Part shown: positions 33,039-34,270 of the stretch, in pieces
Numbering within the stretch: the first letter of the stretch is position 1
Layout: each line of letters starts with the position of its first letter
Notes under the pieces: model-generated
Told to the model about the DNA's origin: nothing
The model's input: the letters and a program-made list of their open reading frames with translations, nothing else
Database searches by the model: none
Origin: an uncultured Candidatus Saccharibacteria bacterium
Lineage (GTDB): Bacteria > Patescibacteriota > Minisyncoccia > Minisyncoccales > Staskawiczbacteraceae
Assembly (NCBI GenBank): GCA_964363825.1
Contig: CAYIJR010000001.1
Coordinates: forward strand, 1 to 34,270
Direction: 5' to 3'
DNA: 34,270 bases
Program-made: the position numbers and the translations under genes

Positions 33039-33797
33039 TCATGTTCTTTTTACAACGCTGACAATCAGGTTGTAAAAACTTGCCACCCAAATTTCTTCTT
33101 CGTAGAGTTTCTCTTCAACTACTCGTTCCCAGAACTTGCGGACGAGATAGCCGAAGACAAACAACTGGCAGTCATCTATCCATTTGCCTACCTCCCTTAC
33201 AATATCAAAAAAGTTTTTCTTAACAAAAGCTTCTTTATGCTTAGGCCAAGGCCTGTGGCGAGCAATGAATTGGGATTGCTCCGCCTTGCTCCAGATTCTG
33301 TGCTCCTCCAGGCGTCCCTGCTGGTTGATAACCCAGAAAAGGATTGCTCTCAACACATCGGCGCATCCTGCGTCGATTGCCTGTTGAACAAAAGAGCTCT
33401 CAAAACGAAACATAATTCGTATTATTTGAGTAGCTTCTTCAATTGGATTGCCATCTTTGTCAAAGAAGACACCGTCAACGGGATACACCGACCAGCCCCT
33501 GAAATGAGATTTGTACATCTCAATCCTTTCAAGGGCTTCTTGGGGTGTAACCGGTGTGCGTCTCGGTTTTTCAGCATTGTAGCGGTTAGAGTCAAAGAGA
33601 AAGGGGAAAATGCGAAGTTCGTTTAACAGGTTTTCTGCCTGCTCTCGCATATATCCTTTAACTTCCTTTTCATTATACCCAAAACGCAAGGCATCATAGA
33701 TAGCTCCATAGTAAGCAGCTCTTTTGGGAAGATAAATCTCCGTAAAGAGGCCTCTTTCAGTGGAACCGAAGAAGTAACTGATTTCTAGTCCTGACAT
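33039..33797 (-). CDS. Hypothetical 252-aa protein, no recognisable family
   Basis: It is a long open frame with balanced composition, W/F/Y/R-rich, with no TM segment or signal peptide. Its stop lies 30 nt upstream of the 80-aa gene. Confidence 0.6.
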   Translation of the reverse strand: MSGLEISYFFGSTERGLFTEIYLPKRAAYYGAIYDALRFGYNEKEVKGYMREQAENLLNELRIFPFLFDSNRYNAEKPRRTPVTPQEALERIEMYKSHFRGWSVYPVDGVFFDKDGNPIEEATQIIRIMFRFESSFVQQAIDAGCADVLRAILFWVINQQGRLEEHRIWSKAEQSQFIARHRPWPKHKEAFVKKNFFDIVREVGKWIDDCQLFVFGYLVRKFWERVVEEKLYEEEIWVASFYNLIVSVVKRT

Positions 33798-33863
33798 TTT
33801 TGAACTTCAATCTTGCTCGAAGTAAAGTTGTAATGTACGATTCTATCAATAATACAAAATATT

Positions 33864-34270
33864 CTATGGTTTGTCAAACGAAGCAAACTCTAAGTTCAAG
33901 AAATCCCACTCCTTGATGATATTCTTAATATCAAAGTAGGCCGCTCTTTCTGAAGACGCCTTGATTAAACTTCCCCTCAATTCCCTGCTCGCGAGAACCT
34001 TAACAATGGCCTCACTTAGCATTTTTTCTTCTTTTGTTAGGGGATCTTGCGCTTTATAAAAGTTACCATCGCAAACGGGAGTTAAAACACCGTACTTGGC
34101 ATACTCTATTTTTTTTGTTTCAAAATTAAAATCGGTGTCGGGGGCTAAGATTTCCCGAGCGCCCGACCTGGCGTCAGTAGCGATAATTGGGACGCCAGAA
34201 GCCATGGCTTCTATCAAGACCATGGGCAAGCCATCCCACAGCGCCGATGAAGCAAATAACGCTGATTTAC
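33864..34270 (-). CDS. GT-B fold (GT4-like) glycosyltransferase, C-terminal part; the gene continues beyond the right edge
   Basis: The frame is open to 34270 (...KSALFASSALWDGLPMVLIEAMASGVPIIATDARSGAREIL). This is the typical EX7E region of GT4 enzymes. Confidence 0.8.
   Translation of the reverse strand, partial: KSALFASSALWDGLPMVLIEAMASGVPIIATDARSGAREILAPDTDFNFETKKIEYAKYGVLTPVCDGNFYKAQDPLTKEEKMLSEAIVKVLASRELRGSLIKASSERAAYFDIKNIIKEWDFLNLEFASFDKP

Noticed and set aside
32931-33626. A long (231 aa) plus-strand ORF opposite the 252-aa gene
   Set aside because: It starts inside the 80-aa gene, crosses the intergenic SD region, is Leu/Ser/Arg/Cys/Phe-rich like a typical antisense shadow, and has no SD. 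The minus-strand pair has coherent signals (SD, terminator).
1-34270. tRNA, rRNA, tmRNA, RNase P or SRP RNA genes, and transposase/integrase genes
   Set aside because: The only spacers over 100 nt (1081-1187, 2610-2750, 4575-4803, 32553-32765) show no cloverleaf-compatible arms or conserved ncRNA motifs that I can recognise. They are explained by hairpins, the disrupted AbrB gene, and the promoter/terminator. No ORF shows DDE, tyrosine- or serine-recombinase motifs.

Overview
All credible genes in this 34.3 kb window lie on the minus strand. The sequence is AT-rich and looks like a small-genome, monoderm-type bacterium, possibly Patescibacteria/CPR (weak inference). I found no rRNA, tRNA, CRISPR array, transposase or integrase. 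Positions 1-11.7 kb are mostly housekeeping: secF, secD, a YfcE-type phosphoesterase, a CAP-domain protein, secA, hpf, murB and a secreted HExxH/peptidoglycan-binding protein. A small accessory islet sits at 4.1-5.6 kb: a DUF3850/ASCH gene, an AbrB/SpoVT-type gene split by a 157-bp TA-flanked inverted-repeat element, an orphan minimal nucleotidyltransferase, and a ppa gene broken by a frameshift in an A8 run. Positions 11.7-34.3 kb form a large glycan-assembly locus. It includes a PglF/CapD-like dehydratase, a DegT aminotransferase, an MraY/WecA-type initiating transferase, GNAT, several GT2 and GT-B transferases, a methyltransferase and an NTP-transferase/HAD/GDPD trio. It also carries a Wzx flippase, a polytopic membrane protein with a Pro/Thr-rich linker, and a ColD-type (His-for-Lys) 3-dehydratase next to a Gmd-like SDR. 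Eighteen of these genes form one tightly packed block between a near-consensus promoter (32.6 kb) and a terminator (14.75 kb). A second, shorter copy of the inverted-repeat element sits inside this block. A two-gene cassette of unrecognisable proteins (32.77-33.80 kb) and a stand-alone zinc-ribbon gene (8.16-8.50 kb) are the best candidates for undescribed functions. All family calls rest on motifs I recognised by eye; no searches were run.
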